Assembly: GCA_000320545.1 (NCBI GenBank)
Contig: ADNK01000875.1
Span: 310,001-374,000 of the forward strand
Direction of reading: 5' to 3'
Length of the DNA stretch: 64,000 nucleotides
From: Bigelowiella natans CCMP2755
Lineage: Eukaryota > Protista > Cercozoa
In this document: positions 47,795 to 60,512 of the stretch, piece by piece
How the letters are laid out: each line of letters begins with the position of its first letter
Position numbering within the stretch: position 1 is the stretch's first letter
The notes under the pieces: model-generated
What the model was told of the DNA's origin: nothing
The model's database searches: none
Seen by the model: only the letters and a program-made list of their open reading frames with translations
Translations under genes and position numbers: made by a program

Positions 47795-49420
47795 CCTCCT
47801 ATATACCTAGACAGCTGGGGAAGGGCTATGCAATAGTTCCTTGCCAAAAACATCAACTACCAAATCGTTTGACGATGATAAAAATAATGAACTACCAAAT
47901 CGTTTGACGATGATAAAAAAAATGATGATGATGATGACGATGATGCAGAAACCACCTGATGGCGCACACAATGGACGTGTTCGAGCATGTTCCAGCTGCC
48001 ATTAAGATGGCCACGCACTGCCTGGATGGCCTTGGCGACACGAGGGACTCCTACATGCGGATAGTGCACCAGTACATTGCTAAGTTCGTCAAGGATCAGG
48101 TATAATACGAATCCCTCCCCACCACCACAACTGCCACTACCACTACCATAGCGGAGGAAGCATTAGAGTCAGATTTTTCGTCAAGAACACAGCGTACTAG
48201 CATGCAACACAGCAGCGGCAGCGGCAGCAGCATCACACTGATAGATAGACGACCTGAAAAATAGGGTAGCTGTATTGTGCTGTCGGAGTAGTAGAGGAAT
48301 CGGGTCAGGTGTGTTGTTTTTGCTGATGGTGATTTATGGGCGTTCTCTTCCAACCACTAGGTAAGTAAGGTCAGTGGCCCCAAAGCCCTCGGAACTCTTC
48401 TCGAAAGGTGAAGAAACAGCAGCAGCACCAACAGTAGTAGGAATAGCCGCAGACCTGACCGCAAGCATTAGTTGTGGTAGGAGAAGCTTAGAAGGCCGAT
48501 ATTATAGCAGCGCATCTTGTTGACGTGCCCACCACCAACAAACAGGTTCGGACAGCAGAATTATGAGCTGAAGGAGGGGGACTACCTCACTAGGGAGGCC
48601 AACGACAGCTACATCCCCACTCTGCTTCTTGCACTTGAATCGCAACACAAAGTAAGAGGCGGCCTCAAGACCCCTCCCCTCCCCTCCCCTCCTGCCTTCG
48701 TCACCTCCGGTTCCATCCCGTGCTCATCTTCCATGTGTTGTTGTTGTTGTTGTTGTGTGTAAGGCGATGAATGGTCGATTGACGCAAAGCAACTTGGAGC
48801 TGATGCTGAGCGCCCTCGCCAACCATATTGTCAACGTGCGTCTGTCTTCTACGAAAACAAGCAATCATCTTCGTAGCTGTTGTAGCATTTGTAGTAATGC
48901 GTGGTGGTTTTGATAACACACACAGTATCCCCCTCTTCCTCCTCCTCCTCTTCTCACCTCTCGCTGAAGAATGTCTGTCTTTTGCCCCCTTTCCTCCACG
49001 CTGTTTCCCTGTGTTCTCCCTCTATCGATATACAGTCGATCGAGACCTATGCGATGCGCAAGAGATTCACGTTTTGGGGGGGGCTGCAGTTTGATAAAGA
49101 CGTGCGAAAAATCTCGAGTTTGTTCAACAAGTTGTCCACCAAGCCAATCCGAGATAAGTTTTCCCGTCTGTTGCAAATCGCCTCCTTGCTGCAAGTTGAT
49201 AAGGTGAAGTCGGTTATTAGCTGCGTGCGCGCCGTTCTTGGCGGCATGTACTGAGATGTGTTCTGTGTTGTTGCAAATTATCGAACTAAAGGTGGAGGAG
49301 ATCTTAGATTATTGGACCAGTGATGCACAAGTGTGGCGCTTATCGCCAATGGACGTCAAAGCTGTTCTGGGACTACGAGTCGAATTTTCAAAAGCAGCAA
49401 TCAATAAGATACAATTATAA
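42135..49420 (+). CDS. COG4: Conserved oligomeric Golgi complex subunit 4, many exons; start approximate
   Basis: SLSSKVRRLDVAQARLEEAIHRVDTIVNLK; QELSGHYIVIE-EYFMNQDVQTAIELD...TTSMVDDVFYILKKCSERAFST; RFTFWGGLQFDKDVRKISSLF...IRDKFSRLLQIASLLQVDKVEEILDYW...WRLSPMDVKAVLGLRVEF. Confidence 0.95.
47855..47919. repeat. Intronic tandem duplication of about 35 bp in COG4
   Basis: aactaccaaatcgtttgacgatgataaaaa occurs twice. Confidence 0.9.
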
Positions 49421-49969
49421 AATCTAGAAATTACTATCTGGTCAAAGTGAGCTAGATAGTGATAACTGAAAACTGCAATTCTGCATGCAATTTCTCCATC
49501 TGGATGATCATTGTTTTTGGACACGATTACTTACGTCTAGCTAGCTAGCTAGACGTCCAGCTCGATCCACATCACATGCGTACCTGATTGCACAGCAGTC
49601 TAGCAGTCGACTAAGCTAGCAAGACTAGTAGACGAATTGCATTGCTGGATTGATGTGAATTGCTCTCTTGTGTACGTGAGCGCTAGGCTAGTAGGGAGCA
49701 TCTACATGGAGATGACAATGCTCGCCACCAAAGCTGTGCATTTGATTTTTGTGCACTTGTGCTCATTTCTTTATTCGCGTGCTGAACTGCTAGACTGCAA
49801 CTTGCACATCCATTGTGTTTCTTGATGCATGTGCCTGCACTAAATCTGATCTAGATAGACATGACTCGCATTAAGTTCTGCTGCTAGCTAGCTAGGCAGC
49901 AAGATAAGCGCAAAAGTTTTCACACGGCGGCGGTGCGAGCGAGTGCGGCCAAATCGTCGCCAGTTTGTA

Positions 49970-50025
49970 ACAATTGAAACACATGCGTGGGACTCTTTTA
50001 ATTGATTCATTACATCCGTCTTACA
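49970..50025 (+). repeat. Dispersed element, partial copy 3
   Basis: acaattgaaacacat...ttaattgattcattacatccgtcttaca (1 mismatch in the terminal 20-mer); the core is bracketed by a 10-bp direct repeat TGGGACTCTT. Confidence 0.75.
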
Positions 50026-50196
50026 AATGGGACTCTTATAGAGCGAATAAATTATGAGTCATGAGGCTTGTGTACCTCTCAAATACATATTAGCCGCCTG
50101 GCGGTCTACATAAATCTAGGTAGACAGAATAATTGTCATTTGTTACAGCACGCATGCAAGCTAGATGCACTGTATCTGTGTAAACGTTGTCAGTGA

Positions 50197-53135
50197 TCAA
50201 TCTGATTTTGCGCGCAGAACTCGGTATTTGGATGCAGGGCCTTTATCATCGCCGCTAATAATAGACCCGTCATCGTCTACTCGAAGAAATTTACCGGGAA
50301 CTTTTACGGATTCTAAGGCAACAAGCTGTCCTGGATTTTTTCGCTTGTTATGAATTCTGAAATGACAAGCCTTTCCTCCCTTACCATTAATGGTGACTCT
50401 ATCTTTTTTAGCGTTCACCTTCAAGTACTTCTCCTTGTTTAGATGGAGAAATTTGACTTCGTTATTCCCAATATAGAACATAGCCCACTTAGTTGCCCTC
50501 CCAAAACCACCCAGAGCGTCTGCTTTCTTTTTGTTACATCTGATATTTTTATGAGTCTTCGACGTTATGTGAATCTCCATTCTCTCACCTTTCTCCCCAT
50601 TGAGCTTGCATATCCCATGGTATTTGTCCTTATTACCGATAAGCTGGAAGAATTTTTTACTCTCTTTTTCAACTTTGGTCTCATCATCCTCTTTCTCGAT
50701 TTCGGTAACGAGGAAGAGCTCCCAGCCACGACAATGAGGTTGGGTAGTGTAGCCTTTTCCGTCCATTAGCGAGCATAGATAACTCTCATGGATAGTCTTG
50801 AATCCAATCTTTCCCCATTTAGATATTGGCGTGAAGAGTGCATTAGGAGAGCATTTTTTATTAACGCCTATCGTTCTGTTCTTACGGGCGACAAGATAGG
50901 TTCCCTGAGAGCTTTTCAGAGCTACTTTACCTCTCGAGATCTCCACTGTAAATACAGAGGAAGAGTCGCCTTCTTTTGCAACTTGAGAGATGACGCCATC
51001 GCTGTCCACAGACATGGTAGAGTTGTGCATGTCCCTTAGACTTACTTTATCTCCGCTCTCGAATCCAAGGGCCTGTAATGGGCCGTGTGGAACAATACTG
51101 AACAGTTCCCAGCCTTTGCAGTGAGGATTGCAGCAAAATCCAATGTTGTCATTCATGGCACAGATGAACGTTTTGTGGGCCGAGCGAAGTCCGAGTTTCT
51201 GGCCTTGAAAAACCGGATCAAACATCTCCCACGCCTTGCAATAAGGCTCAAGCTTGACACTGTTGTCTTTGCGGGCGCTGAGATAAGTTCCATGGTGGCT
51301 GAAGAAAGCACACATTGAGGTGAATAATGTTAATAACGGGACTGTGAAATTGAATAATAAATTCTGCATCGAATTGTAATCAAAATTATTGCTACCTCCT
51401 GAAAGCAACCTTTGCTTCCTTGATCTCTACTGTAAAGATCTCCCAAGCTTTGGCTTGTCCCATTTGCCTTACAGAGAGATTCCTTCTTGCGGAAATGTAG
51501 GTGTTGTGGTGGGTGAGCAGCGCAATCTTCGTTCCATCGAGATTAGCAAATTCTCCCTGAGGTGTCGAGCTGATGTCTTTCTCAGTGATCTTTATCTTCT
51601 TACTCTTCACATCCTGCAGGGTCTGGTCAACCTCTTTAGCTTTAGCTTCGGCCTTTTCGCGACTCCTTTTCTCCTCATCTAGTTTCTTCCGGAGCTGCTC
51701 GTCTGTTTCTTTTGTATCACTGTCGTCCTGTTGAGTGAACTCCTTCAAGTCATCATCAATGTCGTCGTCATCATCATCATCATCGCTATCCTCATTATCC
51801 TGCCCAGATCCGCCAAGTTTTTCCAGCAGCTCTTGCTCCCTTGCCTTGGCTGCAGCGATTTGAGCTTCAAGTTTGAGCTTCATTTCCTGTTCACGTCGAA
51901 TGAAAAGTTCTTCGATCGACTCCTGAGAGTCAATAACTTAGGCATTCTCGTAAGGATTTGACCCAATCACTTCTATCACCTTTTCGCGAATTTGGGCCTC
52001 CTTTGCGGCCTTGAGCTCTGCCTCTAGTTGCTCCGCACGTGCTTTCGCTTCTCGCTCCCTTTGCTTGAGAAGCGCCTCCTTGGCTTCCGCTGCTTTGTTC
52101 GATAGATCCTCCTGCAGAGGTAGGAAGAAGTAGAATGAATCCATGAGACTGAAATTCAGTCAAGTTGTGCCTTCTCCTACTAACCAGCTGGATGATGGTA
52201 TCTTTGTGCTTTTCACCGATGACAGTAGCCACAGCTTTCCCTAAACGTTGAAATGTTGTTTAGGATCTACATCACATGACCTTTTGGAAAAGAAATGTAT
52301 CCCTCACCGCCTTTCATGTAGGTCAGATTCAATTCCTTGCCGCTGATGTGGTTACTTAATGGGTCAAAGCCGAAATAGCTGCTCAGATCCTTAGAGCTTT
52401 CGAACTTGAGGGAGAATCCAGCTACCTTTAGTTTATTTGTATGCTCAGGACTAGTTCGTGACCAACAATGACGCAGCACACCTTCTTTTCAAGGAGACCG
52501 CGGACGTCAGTCCTAATCTTATCTGTTCCATACATAGCAGAAATGATACCGTAGCGTGATGGATTTGGGGCGGGGGGCAGCCCTCCACTCCCTTCGAACT
52601 GAGTTTTGAAGAGGATCTTTCCAGATTCACGTCTGTGGGATTCTTCCTAAAGAAAAATAGTTATAATAAACGATTCACAATTTGCGAGAACTTTCGCTAA
52701 TTATAGGGCATACATGAATAAAGAATTACCTTATAGAGAGGAATCCATGTCTCCGGTTCACTCAGAAGTGAGAATATCGGAATTCTCACCATGCAACATT
52801 CGCCGTCCAGGCCAAAATTTTCATTCATGATTTTTACCTGAATGTGTCTGTCATCGCAGCCTTTGAGATCGAAATCGAGAGTTTGGTTCCATTGAGGATG
52901 ACGATCCCCGTCTTTATGCACCTTGAGTAGGGTAAGTTTGATTCTGTGTGACAAACACTGTCAGCATATGCTCGTAACTCGTAACCTTAGTTTTCTTCTT
53001 CTGCTTTCCAAATTCGAGGACGCAATAAGGATCTTGCTTTCCCATGAGTTGCTTCTTCGGAACGTCGCTCGCTCGGACGCACGTGATTGACAGCTTGCCA
53101 GTCAAAGGTTCGATGTCGTCAAATACTGTCCCCAT
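50197..53135 (-). CDS. C2 domain + coiled coil + acidic linker + fascin-like (actin-crosslinking beta-trefoil) repeats, multi-exon
   Basis: GKLSITCVRASDVPKKQLMGKQDPYCVLEFG...VHKDGDRHPQWNQTLDF (C2); EK-rich coiled coil at 51600-52110; repeated fascin-type units IALLTHHNTYISAR...AWEIF, VALKSSQGTYLVAR and IGFKTIHESYLCS...CRGWELF. Confidence 0.8.
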
Positions 53136-54095
53136 GGTGAAATGTCTGACAAAATTAGAAAACATGTAAAACTCTCCGTATCCATAGAATTCTTCATCTG
53201 AATTTGATCTGATGCTAGGAACTAAGAACTAAGAACAAGAAATAATCGAGAAATTGCGCAGATTCGGTACGAATCCCACTCCGTTCTCATTGAGAATTTT
53301 CATCACAAAGATTCAATGCGAACCATTCGGTTCATCCTCACTAAGGACTTTCCAACAATAGATTCAAGTCTTTTCAACTTTTCAAAGCTCATTAAAGCTC
53401 ATTGGTGGAAACACGAGTGAAGAAAGGCATCCTTCTTACGTCAGCTATGTCGGTCACTTCAGTTGTGGGTTTGCGGAGGACGAGAACTTGGATGTGTTTG
53501 ATTCTCGCAACCTACGTGTTGATATTTCCACATCATGACGCGCACACTTGTGCTGCTGATGCTGCTGTTACTACGACCGTACTTCTTCCCAGACGCGAGC
53601 ACAAAATGCAACCGAATTCCTAGAAAGTGTTCGGTGTTCAGTTCGTTTATCCCATGTGTGATTTTTCGTAGTAGCAGCACAATCGTCGTCGGTGAGCTAT
53701 TCCTGGAACATTGTGTTGTTAGGCGAAATTACCTGGTTGAGGCTGTTCTCGAAATAGATACATCTCCGTAGGTAATTTCGCCTTGTAACAAACGTATCAC
53801 CGAATGACAATAAAACACAGGCTTTTCCTTAGCGTCGACATGGAAGTTTCTTCTTCTTCTTCTTACCAGCTACAACCAACCGCAACGCAGATTCGCTCGT
53901 CCTCGTACCCCCAGTCCTTCGGAACCAGGAGGATGGATACCGGTTGAGGACGCACCCGAATGACCACAATGTTTCTGAGACAGTGCAGCTACCTACAATA
54001 TTCTCAACTCGTAGGTCCCCCATGGGAAACAATAACACAAGTTGAATCAGAGCCCGCACAGCAGCCATTAACGCGAGCTTGGGTGCTTGCCGAGC

Positions 54096-55662
54096 ATGCC
54101 ACGTAGACGGGAGGGGCAGAGGGCGTCACCTCTGCAGCGCAGTTTAAATGTTCGTTGCATAGGTTTGGTGTTTTTGATGACAAAACTATCGAGCGTTCAC
54201 TGTAATGGTGGGGAGGAGGACATCACAGATATAACAGGGAGCTTCCCTTCCTCACATCGCCGCAGAACTGGTGTGCTCATTGACGATACAGAATCGAGGC
54301 CTCGAAGGTATGTATAATGCTAGGGACGTGTAAGCTACCATACAGAGCTATTCTTTCTCCGTGGTAGATTCAATGAAAGAATGAGTGTTCGACATTCTGT
54401 TGATTCACTTGCCAGGATGCACCGCGTAAAGGCATCAAGGAAGTCTGTGGTTGGAAGTCGTTCAAGGCGAAAGAGACTGCGGCGGCAGAGGGGGAAAAGC
54501 AGGAATCCTTCTGGGCGTGACTGGTCGCTCAACTCAGCGATCATTGGGAAGGAGGATGGGGGGGGGATGCCCAAAGGCGTGATGAACATTATCTGGCCTC
54601 CTGCAGAGCTGCACAGGCAGGCAAGGATCAGAAGGTTGATCTCTGCACGATGTTTGGTGGTTATAAGCGCAGTTTATTTGCATTTATCACTATCCCTCTC
54701 AGCCTGTATAGCACTGATCGTTTTAAATCGATGTACATAAATAAATAAATAAATAAATCACCATATCGTTCAGATCTGTATCGCGTTCAAGTACGAAAAG
54801 GGGCCTGGGAACATACAATCAGAGACATGAATGGAGGTGGGACTCGTACGCCGACGCCGAAAATGCTGTCCCGATTCGTAGAGAGGTATATAGTCTTCCG
54901 GAGATGGAGGATCAGGCTACGATTTTGGAGCTTTCGACCCAAATCCAAAACGAGGTGAATAATAGTTAGTTGACAGCCTGGCACTGGAACCATCATCTTG
55001 ACAGAAAACTAACGTGCTGCTGCTGCTCCTACTGACCCTTGACCCTATGACTGCATTGTACTCCTATATTGTTGTTTGAGCTTGGCTGCACACGATCAGG
55101 CCGAATGGTATATGAGCGGATATCACATCATGCACAATGCTTCCCGCCTCAGAGCCATGATACAACAAACACCGGTAGTACTAGTTAAGAAATACTATTC
55201 CGCAGCAGTAGCAGTAGCAGCAGCATGTGGTCCTGGATATCTATTATAGAGGGGGCAGGCAACACTGAAAAGTCTCTATCTAAGCTTACTAAAAGAGAAG
55301 AAGTAGAGCAGCCTGATTTCCCAATGTAGGGAGTAGTTGTTTATTAATACTCTGCTATCGATTCTTCAGGGAGGGTGGGTTCCTCTAAACAACATCGTTA
55401 CGCGTACACGAATCAAGGCCATTACCCGTACCCCCCCCCCACCCCCCCCCCCTTCCTAAACTAGGCTTAAATTAGCCACCGATACACCATTAATTTTATG
55501 CTTCGACTGCTGCTAGTTGCATGTAGGAGGGCACGGAATTTTGAACTTTTGTTATTTTCTTTAAAATAGTATATGTTGGTCCTTGTCCAACCGTCCTCCT
55601 CCCTCTCTGGCGTGAGCATTGCATGTTGTTGCCCTCTTCCGTTTCAGACATACTGCATGTGT

Positions 55663-55703
<41 letters not shown>

Positions 55704-56374
55704 TGTCGTATGCCTTTCTCAATCTCACCACTACATTTCTGAGAGATATTCTCATTGTTCGTGGATGGCGGTTGCTTTCAACGAGACAAGGAGACTCAGA
55801 ACTTGTGGTCACGGCCCTGAAGTTGAAATCGATGAGCTCAAAAGTGCTCGAGATCCACGAAAATGGGCAGTTACGGACCGATCCCTCTCTCCTGTGCAAT
55901 CTTTTTGCACCAATAGATTTGACTATGCTTTGCCTTCCTTACAAACGATTTGAGTAGTAAAAGATACGTTTCGTATATGCATCATCGTTATCATCATCAT
56001 CATCATCATCATCACTATCATCATCAAGTAGCTGAACAACACACAAATCTGATGATGATAGGTTTGTCCGGAGGAGGGAACCTCTGCCCGAAGGTGGGGG
56101 TCGTCAGTTTGCAGCGTATTCACATCGTTGGGGGTGGGGCGCGCTAACGATATTTGTTGGGAGTAGGCGTGGCTTCGAGGGGAGAGGCCAGGATACAGGA
56201 GAAGGTTGTGCCGTCTTAATGACAACAACAATAACAACAACAACAACAACAATAACAATAATATAACAATAATGACACTTAAAAGCTGTTTCAGACAGAG
56301 AAATAGGCTCGAGACACCAACAAACATTATGAGCAGCTGCACGACGGCCAATACCGATGGGGAGATCGTCATGG

Positions 56375-56413
<39 letters not shown>

Positions 56414-56564
56414 ACATACCTCTCTTCATTCTAGGTGGAGTACATGTTCGGTGACCAATATCTGCTTTCGCATACACAATATTTATCAAGACTCCAGTAA
56501 TAATAAATAAATAAATAAATAAATAATGAAGAGTGCCATTCATGACTGCTATACTTTGAACCAA

Positions 56565-56618
<54 letters not shown>

Positions 56619-58590
56619 GTCTTCCTTATCATATTCCAAATTCATCTGCCACCATCGGTTTTCCTTCCACAGTGCAAATTGCCGATTTTGCTTTATTCAT
56701 TGGCGTGAGGAGAGACAGGCTGTCGTTGGAACGACGATGACGGCATCAAAGCCATGATGAATTTACTTAGCTATATATAGAGCACTCTTTTCGATCCTCC
56801 TGCTGCTGCTGCAGCACACAAAATGTAGTAGAGCAGCCGTTATTTATTGCCGTTTGCAAATAGGCGCGATGGAGGATGGGTGGGCCTGAAATCTCTGGTA
56901 GGGAAGCTGCCACCAAGGTTGTGTCGCATGCTGTTACACATGTGTACACACACACAAACACACACGCGCGCGCGCGCGCGCCAATGTGCGTGGAGGGGAG
57001 AAGAAAAGCGGAGGATCCCCATGATCAGTTGTATCAAGTGATAGTACACTACCACAGATAATGATGATACTGAAAATAGGATTACCATTTCCTCGCAGGT
57101 TGCGCTGCTTACGGGGGTCATCAAAGATTCTCCAACGAGTCGTCAATCGCTCGGTGAGTGTAGCAGACAATAGCTCAAATTTTGTACACGTTTTGACTAA
57201 CGTCTATCTGTTACTGCTGCTAGAAACTGGTGGAGATGGACGATAGTGGTAAATACGCTCGGAGGAGGCAGCCTTTACCTCACTCGCGAGGAGAGGTTTC
57301 CAAACGGTGATGAGAGAACGATAAAATGGTGAACCAGTCGTTTTGGGAGGATAATTACGATGATGACTGTTGCGTAGGTCCTACACAGCTTCTCACTTGA
57401 ACCCCTCAGAGGCTGCTGCTTATAAGGTAGAGAGCTACTATTGCTTATCACCCCCATTCCCGCATTAGTCTACTACTTGGCGGATATCATTCGCATTATC
57501 AGTTTCTTCCTTTTTCCATGTATGTCTCTGCATCACCCCCCCTCCTTTCAGTCCCAGTCACTCACTCACTCATTCTCTCACTCACTCACAACCTTATCAT
57601 CAAGGCTGCCGGGGTTCTCGCATGGAGGATTTACGGAGGTTGGTTAGCAGTAGTGGGGGCAAGGAAGCAATGGCAATGGGTGACAGCCTCCCGTGCTGTA
57701 AAGCAGTGATGTGGTTTTATGATTATCATTATCTTGTTTGTTGTCAGGAGAGCTTCAGGTTTTGATGGGGATTGACAAGGTAGTGGTGGTGGATGCGGTG
57801 GTAATCCTTGTTGCATCTGCTGTTGTACTACCGCTTTTGCAACCCGTTTCTGCTTCACGATTCTCTCCAATAATATCAAAGGTTGGGGGGAGACGACTCA
57901 ACTTTCTCGGCGGTATCAGAGACCGAACCGATGTAAAATTCTCATCATTAAACACGCGCCACAAACACACAGATGTCCTTCATGAATGGTTCTGGCCAGG
58001 TTGATGTTGCGTACACGGCCGTGAGGGAATTCGTGGAGGAATCGGTTAGCCGTGGATCTGTTTGTGTTACTGTTGGCCCCCAAAGGGGAAGGAGTGAAGC
58101 AAAAATGTGATATGCGTGCTTTCTTGCCATTATTCCGTGGTAGGGCGGGTTCCTCACCGAGGAGATGAAATCGAAGATGCTTGGCGAGTTCAGGCGGTAG
58201 GCGTTATTATCACAATAGAGCCAACCCTCAAAAAAAAAGAAACAATTTTTGAAAAAGCACATCACCAGATTCGGGCTTGCAGTGTAGCGTATTTAACGAG
58301 ATAGTTGTCGTAGTAAACGTATGGCTACGAATTACTTGAAATCGTGCAGAACAACGCCCAGAAAAGTGTATGTAGCAGGAGAGGTCACCATCATACCACA
58401 TTACTACCAATATTCACCGGAAGTTTCTATCTCAGGGGGGGGGGAAGCTCGGAAAATTCAACGGGTAAGAAAGGAAGCGGGAGATAACGATGACAGTGCA
58501 GCCATCCTTCGCTCTCCTTCCTAGTTTGAGCATGCTGCTGTTCGTAACATCGCCATTTCTTTCTACATTATTATGCTTTCTTTGGTCCAA

Positions 58591-58625
<35 letters not shown>

Positions 58626-59354
58626 AACTTACTCTCACAGCAGCAGAAAGCAGTAACTTGAAGAGGGTTCTCTGGTTCGCGGAGTCCAGGTACTACTACT
58701 ACAACTATACTACTACCTCTGCTACTATTTGCATCCCTACTACAGCTACCAAACTATATATATGATGGTGGCTTAGGTAACAAAATGACCCCTTTCTTTC
58801 CCTGAAATTTGCACCTTTTAATCTCTCGAAAAACACCGCCTTGATGATGTCACTACTGCTTATTACTACAACATCGTAGATACGCTCTCTATTTTTATCG
58901 ATGGCCTTACTTTGATCTGACGCCGTATTTCAACCGGAGACCAAGGGGGGAAATGGAGGTAGCGACGTTCGAGAATATGGCATTTCTCGCCTTTCACATT
59001 ATATTGATCTCTATGAATTCCAAAAAATGTAGGAGCTCATGTGGGTGTCTCTCTCCGAACTTGTATCCTCACCAACAACGGTAAAGATTAAAGAAAGAAT
59101 TTTGCCTCTCAGGTCGTTTTGGAAATGCTTAAAAAAATAGCACTTGCATAGCTAGCAAGAACAGACCTTGATTATGGTCCACTTTTTTGGTTCACAGAGG
59201 GTTTTCTGTGGATATTCTACGAGATGAAAAAATGAAGTCACAGCTAGCCGGACTTGTATCACTAACACCAATGGATGATACACATCGTTACAAAGGCCGG
59301 AAAGCTACTCACCCGAAGTTGTTACCACAGAACCACTGTTCACTTGCCCTCTAG
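54096..59354 (+). CDS. Tandem La-motif (LAM x2) + Nudix hydrolase protein encoded by roughly 20 small exons
   Basis: Spliced by hand with consistent phases. LAM1: LSTQIQNEAEWYMSGYHIMHNASRLRAMIQQTPGGWVPLNNIVTRTRIKAITRDSELVVTALKLKSMSSKVLEIHENGQFVRRREPLP. LAM2: IQEKVEYMFGDQYLLSHTQYLSRLQRDGGWVGLKSL...RLRCL...KLVEMDDSGKYARRRQPLP. Nudix: AAGVLAWRIYGGELQVLMGIDK...LNFLGGIRDRTDVDVAYTAVREFVEESGG...ELMWVSLSEL. Confidence 0.8.
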
Positions 59355-60512
59355 TATATATAAATTGATAGAGATGTAACAGCTGGAGATGGTGAGTATA
59401 TCCGACGCCGTGTTATATGCATAAAGCTAAGCTTTGTCTCAGGCAATATCAACTTTAAAATAGTATCATCTAAAAAGAAAAGTTTGGTTCCCGACGTATT
59501 TACAAATCATTTTTTAAATCGCGTACTTTCCACAGCGATGTGTGAGGCAGGATTTCGCTTCTGCTCTGATTCTGTATCCGCGATTGATCGCGCAACAGCG
59601 CCCATATCACAAGATTGAGTGAGATAGACAAGCATCACGATTTTGTTCCTATTTCGGGACGCACGCTTGCTTATGATACGCTCGGTGTCGATATAATCCT
59701 GCGGCTCAGGCATACGTTCGCATGATGGTAGCATGACTTTGACTTACATGCTGTTACGCATACGAGATGTGGGTTGTAGCTTCTTTCATAGCTTACACAA
59801 CGTAACCGTTCTAGCGTTGCTGCGCATGAGTCACGCACGAGCACAAAATTTATGCATGATGGCATCTAAAGCAGATTAACTGTGTTGGTCTGTACTGCAA
59901 ATAATGTGGTGTATGTGTGTGTGTGTGTGTGTAGATATCTAGATTTCAGTCATGGCGCCATATGAATAATTAATAGCCGGTGTATTTTATTTCAATACCA
60001 AGAAAATATCTACGAATAACCCACAATTATGTTCGCATTTTGGTATTTATATGCAGTCTGCTGCTACATGCTCAATATTTTATTGTTGGGGCGTGGCATT
60101 CATGGATGCGGCATTATTTATGTAAAGCTAGCAGCTGTTATGCGCAACGTATTTCAATGTACCTACATAGAAGCACACGATGTGCACACAAATCGCAATA
60201 CACTCGTCATATTTTTTGTGCGGAAGATATATTTAATTTATGTTCTATTCAAATTACATTCAAGTTGGAGCTATTCAGAAGGAACGGCTGACTGGACTGA
60301 TAATATTACCTCTAATTTGTATTATTCTGCGGTACAGGATATTTACGCTTAAATGTTATAGACAAGGATTTGGACTACAGAAGCCAAGGTACACCCTAGC
60401 TATAGGATACTTGTTCACATAAGAAGGCAATAGTCTCCAAGAGTTAATAATAAAGATCTCATTCGGTGATCATGTACTCGGGAATAAAGAGATGCTTACG
60501 GTAGGACCGTAT

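Noticed and set aside
50091-50120. GC hairpin (ccgcctggcgg) about 11 nt before CTAG, resembling a Helitron 3' end
   Set aside because: Short stem, CTAG is followed by G rather than T, CTAG is locally abundant, and no 5' end or second copy was seen.
56672-56704. Candidate extra exon (CKLPILLYSLA) within the second La motif
   Set aside because: Its phase is incompatible; direct splicing from about 56497 to 56863 restores YLSRLQRDGGWVGL.
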